DNA from: a virus
IMG/VR virus record: IMGVR_UViG_3300041809_000571
Coordinates: 1 to 51,840 of that record
Direction: 5' to 3' (one strand)
Length of the DNA stretch: 51,840 nt
This document shows positions 42,858 through 51,279 of the stretch, piece after piece (the first letter of the stretch is position 1; every line of letters begins with the position of its first letter). A model generated the notes under the pieces. It searched no databases, was not told the origin of the DNA, and saw only the letters and a program-made list of their open reading frames with translations. The position numbers were made by a program, and so were the translations under genes.

Positions 42858-45800
42858 TACATTCCCCTTGTTTTTCTCTCGGGCTGCACCGGAATGTCAG
42901 CCGGGGTAGTCCTGCTCTTCATCTCCCGCTTGCCGGGAAGTTCCCCCTCCACCGCCATGTTGACGTTCTCACCCTCTTCGATTTCATCCGCCACGGCGTT
43001 TAGAAACCAACGCATGTGCTTCACGTTGTCTACAATTTGACCAACATTGGCGGCGACATCGTAGATGATTTCATCATCGTTGTCGATGAGCCACTGGGCC
43101 TTTTCCAAAGCTTCGGGGGAAGCGGCGGTCTTACCCGCCTGTTTAGGTTCATTGTTCAGCCCGCCCTCACCCGCCTGATAGCTCTCATGCGGCTCTTCCT
43201 TGCTGTTGGCTACTTCGGGAAGATTGGCTCCAAGGTCGGCAAGGTCACCGATGTAGCCGACTTCCACCGCCTCGTCAAGGTCATCGCCGAGGGGTGCGCA
43301 CGCCTGCTTCTCAAGCTCCCGAGCATCAGTGGTCTTGGTAGCGTCCGGGTTGTCAGCCAACTGGTCCTTGGACTGACCCTTGACTGCCGCCCGAGCCTTT
43401 TCGATATCCGGGGCAACCGATTGATCCGCCTGCTTGGCTAGTTCAATGGGCTGCTTGGTCTCCTTGTAGGTGGGGTCATTGGATACCCCAATGGTCTCCT
43501 TTGCCCCGTGGGTAAGCTCGGACTTGGCTTTACTGATGTCGGGGGTCACCGATTGGTCAGCATTCTTGGTTTTGGCGCTGGTCAGTTTTCCCCACGACTC
43601 GGAAGGAGCCGAATTCAGGCTTCGGTCATTCACCCCTTCGGATTCAATGGCTCGATTGAGTTTCTCCACTTCCCGCATGAGGGTAGTCTTCCTCGCCGGG
43701 GTAGCGGTGGATAGAGCGGAGTAGAGCTTATCCCGCTGGTCCATCAAGTTACCGGCGCTGCCAAGGTCGGCTTTCTTCTTGTCTTTCGCCAACCGGGGAA
43801 CCCCACCATGGTCCGGTGAGGTCTTCTGGTCAGCAAGCTCGCAGACTTCGGTGGTCTTGGTAGCAACCTCGGGTCCACCTTCGCTCTTCTCCTGTGAGAG
43901 GTCAGCTTTGCTCTCGCCCTCAATGGCCGCTTTGGCCTCGGAGATGTCCGGTTCAACGGATTGGTCGGCGACCTTGGTTACTTCCAAAGAAGCCCACCGG
44001 CTCCGCATACTATCCTTGAGGCCGTTCCATGCGGCGTCGATAACACCGTAGAAGTCGTCCCCATCCTCACCATCCAGCTTGTGCTGGCGGCGGTTGTGAC
44101 GGAGAGCCGATTCCCGTTGAGCCGACGCTTGCTTGAACTTGGTGGAAGCAACAATGACATCTTCCTCCTCATCCGGCGCACGCATAAGCTCTTCGGCAAT
44201 CAGTTCGGCTGCGTCAACAGAGGCCGTCTTTTTCGTGGCGTTCTTTTGGTCCTTGGGACGCCGCATTTCGGAGACCTCCTGCGCTGTACCGGACCTCCAT
44301 CCGCACGGGCAGAAGTACTGCTCGTCTTCGGGCTTTGCCTTGCGGGCAGTTCCCTTGCACATGGGGCAGTGCATCTGGGCTTCGGCGGTCTTCGCAACCT
44401 TAACGGGACGCTTGACTCCGCCCACGATGCTGATGCTGGCGATACCCTCCGCCGCACCTACTGCTTTTTCCTTAGTGGCGTGAACTCCCCGGATTTGGCT
44501 GCCATCAAGGATTAACCACCCTTCCGTGATTTTTCCCAGTGAGTCCTTGACCTTCCCGTACTTTACTACCAGTGGGTCTAAGGAGGCTGTAACCTTCTTC
44601 TCCTTGTCGGTCTTGGGGTCCATGGCTCCTTCCCCGCCCCGTTCGTTGGCGGGGTTGTCTGCCGTGTCCGCCTGCACCCGCTTCTTGATGGGTGTGGCTC
44701 CGGGCTTGACCGGTGTGGCGGCGGTCTTGGGGTTCTTCCATACCGCTACCGGGTTGGTGTAGATGCCGTCGTTCAGATAGATGGCGGCATCAGTGGGGAC
44801 CATGGGTCCAAGATGTTCATTGGCTCCGCCCGGCTGGGTACTCTTAATGAAGGAGTCAATGTAACGAGCAAGACTTTCGGGTGAAGGCCGACCCATTCCC
44901 GGCACCTGTCCATGTCCACCGACATTCCATGCCGAGTCGGTAATGTGGTATCCCGGCACGTGCATCCGCAGAACAAACTTGGGGGTGGAAGAACGCCCGG
45001 CTGCCTTGGGCTGATTCTTGATGAAGTAGCGCTCCAATCCACCGGATGCCAGCCAGTTCCGCTCATCGCTTCGGGCGGGACGCCAGTTGTTCTTGACTTC
45101 CTCGTACATCTGGTCGGAAGTAAGCGGCTTTCCTTGGAAGATGAAAATCACGTCCGCACCGGGACCATCTCCCCGGATGTAGGTGGGGATTTTAAGGTCG
45201 GTGAGGAAGGGGTGGTTCTCCTTGGTGTAGCGGAAACCCTTCTCCATCAACTTCTTTTCAATGGGAGAGAGCGGCTTCTCGGCGGCGGTCTTCTTTTCGT
45301 CCTTCTCTTCCTTCTTACCGCCGATGTCGCCCTTCTTCTTGCAGAAACCACACTCGCATCCTTCCGGGTGAACTCCGTAGGCTTTCTTGGCTCCACTGTG
45401 GGCGTGCATGTCCTGCAAGTGCTGCTTGGCGGCTTCCTCGGAGCCGTGGCTGGAAATGATGTGGTCATCCTCGTGGGACTTCACGCACCACTCCGCCAAC
45501 TCTCCCTTGGAGTTCTTGTGACCGGGGCAGTGGGAAACGTAGGCAACCTTTTTCAAAGCGGCGGACTTTGCCATAACCTCGGGGTGGTACTGCTGCACGT
45601 GAGAAAGTAGGTTTCTGTCGAATTCCTGAATTTTGAAAGAAGCCATAGGGTCATCATCCGCAGGTCCCACGATTTCCTGTCCACAGTGTTTGCAAGTCAT
45701 GGAGTGACGCTCGGGATTGTGTTCAAACTCCCAAAGCCAATCCATCTGTCCCGCTGTCTTTCCTTCGGGTGCCATCTCGGGAGTCTTACCCCGAGTGTTG

Positions 45801-47671
45801 GCTTTCTCGGCATCCGTCTTAGGATGAATGGGATTCTTTCCCCCCGCTTCATTAGACGGGTTGTCGGCGGTGTCAGCCTTCTTCTTGCTGCCGATGTGCC
45901 CGGCAATCTCTCCGGGGTACCCCGCTTCATTGGAGTCGGGGCGTCCTTCCCCGTGAGCAGCCTCATACTGGTAAATCATGCCATCATCACCGATGTAAAG
46001 AGTGGCTTCACCGAAAACCTTGGAGGCTTTGGTGAGTTCATCCCCCGTTATGGGATAGTCACCATCCCAAAATCCGGCTCCGTGCCCATTGCGGGTTAGC
46101 CAGAAGTCATGAGCAACCTGTGGGAAAGATGCCCCATCCTCGGTCACCGCCCGGTTGATGAGTTGCTGATTGTTGTTCTGAAACGCCCCACAGTCCTTCC
46201 GCATTGCCTCAACGGTCTCGGGAGCAAGGTCTTGCGGCCCGTAGTTCTTGTCCATAGGCTCGCCGCCCTGCGGGGTGCTCTCATCGTTGCTGGACCATAG
46301 TGCGGTTTCGATGTAGGAATCCAAGAAGGAGTCCCCCGTGCGTGCCCGCTTGCGGGCGTAGCCCAACTTGGAGGCTATCGCCATTTCAGGCGGGTGCATC
46401 ATGGGAGCCGCTTCCTCCGCCCCGGCTTCCTCAATCTCGTATCCTCCCCGGCTGAGACCGATGCCATTGGCTTGGTCATCCATAATCCAATCCAGAGCCT
46501 CATTCATGCTGAATGGACCGGCCTTGATTTGACCGTCCTGCTTGACTACCACACTTCCGTCTTGTGGCTCAGGATGCCCCGGAAAATCCGCCTTCTTGGA
46601 ACCGTCCTTCTCCTTGAACATCCGGCTGCGGTATTCCGGCGTCCACTCCAGTTCATCCTCGGGGACGGTTTCAACGCCGTCCAACATGGTACCGACGTAA
46701 TCCATTTGTCCCTGCATCTCTTCGTTGCTCATCGGCGTGCTGGGCATGGGTTTGACGGTATAAGGACCCTCTTTGTAGTCGGCCTTCTTGGTCCCGGTGC
46801 CATCATCCGACTTGGGAACTTCTGCTCCCACGGCGGGCTTCTTATAGTCCTTGTCAGCGACATCTTCCGGTGCTTTGGTCTTGGTCAAAGCTCCGCCGAG
46901 GGCATCCTCCAGTGCTTGGAAGGCGTCCATCTCCGCAGGCTCAAGCTGTTCCTTGGCGATGGCGTCCGCCGTCTTGGCGGTGAGGAAAATGCGCTTCTTG
47001 CTGCTTGCCGCCTTGAGCAGTTCCGGGTAGGCCCGGAAGGGACTTTCTGTAATGGCCGGGTAGGTCAGCTTCGGTGTGATGTCGGTGACATCCAGCTTCC
47101 ACGTGTCCGCCGTGGTCATCAAAGCATCGAACCCACTGGAGACCGCAGGGTTGTAATAGACGCAGAATACCAAGTGACGGAGGAGGTTGCGGAGCTTCTC
47201 TTCGTCATCGGTAAACTGGAAGGCCACATACTCCCGGATTCCCACCCAGTTGGGGGCAAAGAGGATAAGGGATACTTCCTTGCCATCCTCGGTGGTGAAT
47301 GCCTTCTCTTTGAGGGAGGTGAGATGAGCTTTGACATCTTCCTCTTCATCGAATTCACTGCCGGTCTGCATGGCGATAAGGTCCGCCGCTTCGCTGCCGA
47401 GATTGAGCAACTTCACCACTGTCCCGTAAAGAAGGGCAATGGGGAAATCCTTGGGCTTGTTGCAGATGGAGGCAGGGACGATGAAGATTCTTCCGATGCT
47501 GATGTTCTGCCGGAAACCAAGGTAGAAGACTTCGAGGCTCTTCACCTCACCGGAAGATTTGGCTTCACCTTCACCCTTGATGACCGCTTCGGTGACCTTC
47601 TGGAGCAGCGGCTCACTGATGGTGAATGACTGGTAAGACTTTCCCGCAATTGAATTTCCGCTAACAGGCAT
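42857..47671 (-). CDS. giant hypothetical protein (1604 aa) with internal repeats and Cys clusters; candidate virion-internal/ejection protein
   Basis: single uninterrupted ORF; repeats ADQSV(E/T/A)PDI(S/E)xAK x3 and ADTADNP(S/A)NExGG..PKTD(A/K)EK x2. Confidence 0.6.
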   Translation of the reverse strand: MPVSGNSIAGKSYQSFTISEPLLQKVTEAVIKGEGEAKSSGEVKSLEVFYLGFRQNISIGRIFIVPASICNKPKDFPIALLYGTVVKLLNLGSEAADLIAMQTGSEFDEEEDVKAHLTSLKEKAFTTEDGKEVSLILFAPNWVGIREYVAFQFTDDEEKLRNLLRHLVFCVYYNPAVSSGFDALMTTADTWKLDVTDITPKLTYPAITESPFRAYPELLKAASSKKRIFLTAKTADAIAKEQLEPAEMDAFQALEDALGGALTKTKAPEDVADKDYKKPAVGAEVPKSDDGTGTKKADYKEGPYTVKPMPSTPMSNEEMQGQMDYVGTMLDGVETVPEDELEWTPEYRSRMFKEKDGSKKADFPGHPEPQDGSVVVKQDGQIKAGPFSMNEALDWIMDDQANGIGLSRGGYEIEEAGAEEAAPMMHPPEMAIASKLGYARKRARTGDSFLDSYIETALWSSNDESTPQGGEPMDKNYGPQDLAPETVEAMRKDCGAFQNNNQQLINRAVTEDGASFPQVAHDFWLTRNGHGAGFWDGDYPITGDELTKASKVFGEATLYIGDDGMIYQYEAAHGEGRPDSNEAGYPGEIAGHIGSKKKADTADNPSNEAGGKNPIHPKTDAEKANTRGKTPEMAPEGKTAGQMDWLWEFEHNPERHSMTCKHCGQEIVGPADDDPMASFKIQEFDRNLLSHVQQYHPEVMAKSAALKKVAYVSHCPGHKNSKGELAEWCVKSHEDDHIISSHGSEEAAKQHLQDMHAHSGAKKAYGVHPEGCECGFCKKKGDIGGKKEEKDEKKTAAEKPLSPIEKKLMEKGFRYTKENHPFLTDLKIPTYIRGDGPGADVIFIFQGKPLTSDQMYEEVKNNWRPARSDERNWLASGGLERYFIKNQPKAAGRSSTPKFVLRMHVPGYHITDSAWNVGGHGQVPGMGRPSPESLARYIDSFIKSTQPGGANEHLGPMVPTDAAIYLNDGIYTNPVAVWKNPKTAATPVKPGATPIKKRVQADTADNPANERGGEGAMDPKTDKEKKVTASLDPLVVKYGKVKDSLGKITEGWLILDGSQIRGVHATKEKAVGAAEGIASISIVGGVKRPVKVAKTAEAQMHCPMCKGTARKAKPEDEQYFCPCGWRSGTAQEVSEMRRPKDQKNATKKTASVDAAELIAEELMRAPDEEEDVIVASTKFKQASAQRESALRHNRRQHKLDGEDGDDFYGVIDAAWNGLKDSMRSRWASLEVTKVADQSVEPDISEAKAAIEGESKADLSQEKSEGGPEVATKTTEVCELADQKTSPDHGGVPRLAKDKKKADLGSAGNLMDQRDKLYSALSTATPARKTTLMREVEKLNRAIESEGVNDRSLNSAPSESWGKLTSAKTKNADQSVTPDISKAKSELTHGAKETIGVSNDPTYKETKQPIELAKQADQSVAPDIEKARAAVKGQSKDQLADNPDATKTTDARELEKQACAPLGDDLDEAVEVGYIGDLADLGANLPEVANSKEEPHESYQAGEGGLNNEPKQAGKTAASPEALEKAQWLIDNDDEIIYDVAANVGQIVDNVKHMRWFLNAVADEIEEGENVNMAVEGELPGKREMKSRTTPADIPVQPERKTRGM

Positions 47672-47672
47672 G

Positions 47673-48293
47673 TTACTTCCTCCTCAGATTACCTAGCTGC
47701 TGAATATCCCTGCGAAGGGCAGGCTCTTTCAGTTCCGAGATATCCCGGAAGTTCTTCATGACGCCGTTCCGGGCTTCCTCATGTACACCGGCTGCCTTCA
47801 TGGCATCGGTAAACCAAGCCAGCAAGGTTGCAGTATAAAACTTCACCTTATCCCCGTCGAAGTTGAAGATGTCCCGCTTGCTGAGAGCCTCGGTGTCCAT
47901 GATAGACGCCCGCTCTTCCTTGAGACCCTTGACCGCTTCCGTGTAAGTCCGTAGCTTCCACGACTCACTCATAGTGGCATCGTTACGAAGCTTGACCAGC
48001 CCGGCGCTGACATCGTGAATGACCTGTGTGATTAACCGGCAGGTCTCGGAAGGGTCAGCTTCGGGGTCCCGGAGCATGTCCCGGACCTTATCCATCAAGG
48101 TCATATCTTCTGGTGTCTTGGCGCTTTCCACAATTTGACCATTAGACAAGACCTTGACATCCAAGGATACGGGGGCTTTGAAGTTTCCGGCCTCATCGAA
48201 ATCAATGGGCTTTACTTCCGCCGTGGCTTCCACCTTGGCTTCCACTGGTTCCTGTGGTTTTTCCATCTCCGGTACTGTTCCCAACTCTTCCAT
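47673..48293 (-). CDS. hypothetical acidic protein
   Basis: ORF adjacent to and coupled with its flanking genes. Confidence 0.5.
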   Translation of the reverse strand: MEELGTVPEMEKPQEPVEAKVEATAEVKPIDFDEAGNFKAPVSLDVKVLSNGQIVESAKTPEDMTLMDKVRDMLRDPEADPSETCRLITQVIHDVSAGLVKLRNDATMSESWKLRTYTEAVKGLKEERASIMDTEALSKRDIFNFDGDKVKFYTATLLAWFTDAMKAAGVHEEARNGVMKNFRDISELKEPALRRDIQQLGNLRRK

Positions 48294-49936
48294 TAGATAT
48301 CTCCTGCTGTGGGCACATTGCCCATCTCTACATCAAGTCGCTCAGGGGTGTTGTATTCGATGTCCCCCACCTCGCTACGGGAAGTCAGGTCGTACTCTTC
48401 CATAAGCTTTTTGGCATCGGTGGGAGCCTTACCCGAGGCTACCTTTCCCGTTTTTTCCATACCGGGGAAGGATACCAAGGTTCCGCCCGTCAACCCGCAG
48501 TGCATATCTTGCCGGTAGACGCAATCGGCGCACTTGATTGCCCCGATGATGGCGTTGTTGACTGCAAGCTTCTGTTTAAGGAGTTTGCAGTCGATTTGAG
48601 AAAGGGCAATCTTGAGGCCCTTGGCCTTAAGAGAGGCGACGAATTCCTTGATTGCTCTCCCGGCGTGTACCGACCCTATCTTATTGATACCATGCTGGTA
48701 GATGGACTCAAGGGACTTTCCTCCCTTGTGCATCTTTTCAATGGTAGCGACAGTGAATGGAGCGGAGGCTGTCTTGTGCTGTTCTTCCCTCTCCACCCGT
48801 AAGCTCTCTATGGTCTTTGCCGAGGTCTTCTGAACCTGACGGTTGGCAAAGTGCTTGGGTTCTACCCGCATACCATCCCGGTTGGCAAGAGCGACCAAAG
48901 CCGCTTTCTTGGACCCGGCTGGCACGCCTGCGGTCAGCCGGTTGACAACCGTGACAAGCTCCTTGGCATTTGCTACCACGGGTAGATGGTAGAGGTTGCA
49001 AGTCTTGGCCTTAAAGAAAGCGCAGCCCTCGCACCCGGCTACCTTCTTCACGGAGGCGGCACGGGGCTTGATTCCTGCGGCTTTCCAAGCGTTGAACTGC
49101 CGGACGCAGTCGGCGGAGGTTACCGGTCGGGACCCCTGCTTGGGGATGGTGAACACCGGCTTGGAGCATTCCGGGCAGAGCGCTACGGCGTCCCGGAACT
49201 TCGGCTTGACTTCCTTGTTGCAGTGACGGCAGAAGTTCTTCTTTTCCGAGGCGATGACTTGGTTGCTCTTCTCGTAGGCCGGGCTTTCCATGTCCATCTG
49301 GGAGTTGGGGAGGAAACCCTCGGAGGAGCCGGGTTCCATGTAAGCAAGACCCAGTACCCCGGCGTTATTGTTCAGATAGGACATCCCCATGTTGTCCTTT
49401 TTGTCCAGAAGTTCGATTTCAGCGACCTTCTGAACGAGGGCGGCAACCCGTGCGGGCGGCGTTCCTTGATTGAGGAGCTTCTTCACATAGGCAAGGATTT
49501 CGGCGTCAGACCGGTTACGGTTGGCGACCCCCTCCCGTCCATGCTCATCCTTGGAGGTCGCTTCACTGTGGGCCTTCTCGAAGTCCATGGTGATTTCATC
49601 GAATAGGGATTCATCGCTGCCCCGTTCATTCTTGTAGTCCTCGGCATGAGTGGCGAGCCGGGTCCTTCCCGTTTGTCCGGCACCCAGCCGGGGGAGGGCC
49701 GCTTCCTTCTCTGCCATACGGTTGAGGAGCGTGGCGGACTTAGAGTCGGACGGAAGTTCGGTATGCTTGGACTCCCCGGCGAGGTCGTCAAGGAAACTCT
49801 CATCAACGTACTGCTGGGTACGGTCCTCTTGCTCCTCGCCAGACTTTACGGCGTCCTTGAGACCGACCAAATCCCAGTCGGGTTTCCGGTCTTCCAAGAA
49901 TTCATCAATGATTGACGAGTAGATTTTCTCTGCCAT
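48293..49936 (-). CDS. large hypothetical protein (547 aa) with three Cys clusters
   Basis: AAAGGGGctgaaaATG; CRHCNKEVKPKFRDAVALCPECSKP, CEGCAFFKAKTC, CADCVYRQDMHC. Confidence 0.55.
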   Translation of the reverse strand: MAEKIYSSIIDEFLEDRKPDWDLVGLKDAVKSGEEQEDRTQQYVDESFLDDLAGESKHTELPSDSKSATLLNRMAEKEAALPRLGAGQTGRTRLATHAEDYKNERGSDESLFDEITMDFEKAHSEATSKDEHGREGVANRNRSDAEILAYVKKLLNQGTPPARVAALVQKVAEIELLDKKDNMGMSYLNNNAGVLGLAYMEPGSSEGFLPNSQMDMESPAYEKSNQVIASEKKNFCRHCNKEVKPKFRDAVALCPECSKPVFTIPKQGSRPVTSADCVRQFNAWKAAGIKPRAASVKKVAGCEGCAFFKAKTCNLYHLPVVANAKELVTVVNRLTAGVPAGSKKAALVALANRDGMRVEPKHFANRQVQKTSAKTIESLRVEREEQHKTASAPFTVATIEKMHKGGKSLESIYQHGINKIGSVHAGRAIKEFVASLKAKGLKIALSQIDCKLLKQKLAVNNAIIGAIKCADCVYRQDMHCGLTGGTLVSFPGMEKTGKVASGKAPTDAKKLMEEYDLTSRSEVGDIEYNTPERLDVEMGNVPTAGDI

Positions 49937-49952
49937 TTTCAGCCCCTTTTCC

Positions 49953-50249
49953 TTAGAACGTGAGGTCCCCGAGGATGTCTTCAAGGAAACCAGCCGGATT
50001 GTCTTCCGGTGCAGCCGGGAGATGGTCACCGTTATCAACCTCATCTCCTACCAGCCGAACAATTTTGTTGCCCCGTATCTGCCAGAAGTCCTTGCTGCTT
50101 TCGCAGATGAACGTGTTCCCAGCACAGCGGGAAAGCCCGAGAGAGGCAGCTTTACGCAACAACTCCCTCGGGATTCCCGAGGAGGGTAGAAAGTTGAAAA
50201 GCCTTGATGTTTCTAGCCCAAAGGGCACTTGCATCCGCAGCTTACCCAT
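49953..50249 (-). CDS. hypothetical small protein
   Basis: GGAGAGtgtcATG. Confidence 0.45.
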   Translation of the reverse strand: MGKLRMQVPFGLETSRLFNFLPSSGIPRELLRKAASLGLSRCAGNTFICESSKDFWQIRGNKIVRLVGDEVDNGDHLPAAPEDNPAGFLEDILGDLTF

Positions 50250-50306
50250 GACACTCTCCTATTAGATGGGGTAGGTAGTTAAAATTTCGGTTTTTTACCC
50301 CAATTT

Positions 50307-50329
50307 CGAGGTATACTGTAAGTGGGAAG
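50307..50329 (+). promoter_or_regulatory. conserved promoter cassette P12 (plus strand, cgaGGTATACTgtaagtGGGAAG)
   Basis: same variant as P8. Confidence 0.5.
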
Positions 50330-50494
50330 ATGTTTTTCCGGGCTGCTCGGCAGTCCGTGGAAAGGAGGGTGAAACTTTATGCGCCTCTGATGCGTCTAAG
50401 GAATTGCCGATTTTTCCATGATTTCTCTGGTATTATTATTAGCCGGGAGTGTCTTTATTCCCCGGTATCCACTATTAGCTCGGGAGGATTGAGT

Positions 50495-51235
50495 ATGGAA
50501 ATTACTCGCAAGGGTCCACCTATCATTAGGCTTGTTCCCGAGGAGTACCCGCCTGAAATCAATGAGTTGCTCTCGCTTCTAGCTCCCTTTTTGATGAAGC
50601 TTAAGCAGCAGCTTAAAGATGAAGTCAAGGCCGAGGTTCTCAACGAATTGACCGGTTTGGTTAAAACCTCCACACCGGCCATTATATCCGATTGGCATTT
50701 TGGACCCATTGTGGAGGAAGTTGTACCCACCCAACCTGTTGTTCTTCCGGGCATTGTGCCTATACAGATTCCCGAGGCAGCACCAGCCGTTCCGCCTGCC
50801 CCAACCCCGGAGCCGGTAATCGAAGTTACTCCTGAACCGGTGATAGAGGTTCCCCCTGAACCAGTGGTGGTCCCGGAGCCGGTGGAAGAAACCGTCCCCG
50901 AGCCGCCGCCTGCTCCATGGACTCAGCCGGGTGACCCACCGCCGCCACAACCACCGCCTGAGAAACCCAAGCGGGGTAGGAAACCCACGAAAGTCAAAGT
51001 GCCTAAGCTGCCCCGGAAGGGTGGTCGTCCAGCGACCTACAAGAGCGATACGGAGAGCGCTCATTACAAGTGCCGTAAGTCGTGGGCGCAGGCAAATCTT
51101 CTGCGCAAGAACAAGGGGCTTCCTCCTATTCCCAAAGCGGAGTTTGAAGCCGCCTATTACCTCAAGCATCCTCCAGAGACGGGACAGGTTCCCAAGACGG
51201 AACCGGTCGCACCCGCTCCTCTGGAGGATGGCTAA
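50495..51235 (+). CDS. Pro-rich protein with PEPV(I/V)EV tandem repeats and AT-hook-like motifs (KRGRKPTK, RKGGRPA)
   Basis: GGGAGGattgagtATG; in frame with an upstream open stretch from 50330, so the start is uncertain. Confidence 0.5.
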   Translation: MEITRKGPPIIRLVPEEYPPEINELLSLLAPFLMKLKQQLKDEVKAEVLNELTGLVKTSTPAIISDWHFGPIVEEVVPTQPVVLPGIVPIQIPEAAPAVPPAPTPEPVIEVTPEPVIEVPPEPVVVPEPVEETVPEPPPAPWTQPGDPPPPQPPPEKPKRGRKPTKVKVPKLPRKGGRPATYKSDTESAHYKCRKSWAQANLLRKNKGLPPIPKAEFEAAYYLKHPPETGQVPKTEPVAPAPLEDG

Positions 51236-51279
51236 TTACCTTAAAACAAGAGACTTAGGGTAAAATCAAACAAGCTCCA

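Noticed and set aside
50330-50494. Treating 50330 as the certain start of the AT-hook protein
   Set aside because: There is zero spacing between the cassette SD and this ATG, and the stretch has odd amino-acid composition. It is kept as an alternative, but the 50495 start with a proper GGGAGG SD is preferred.
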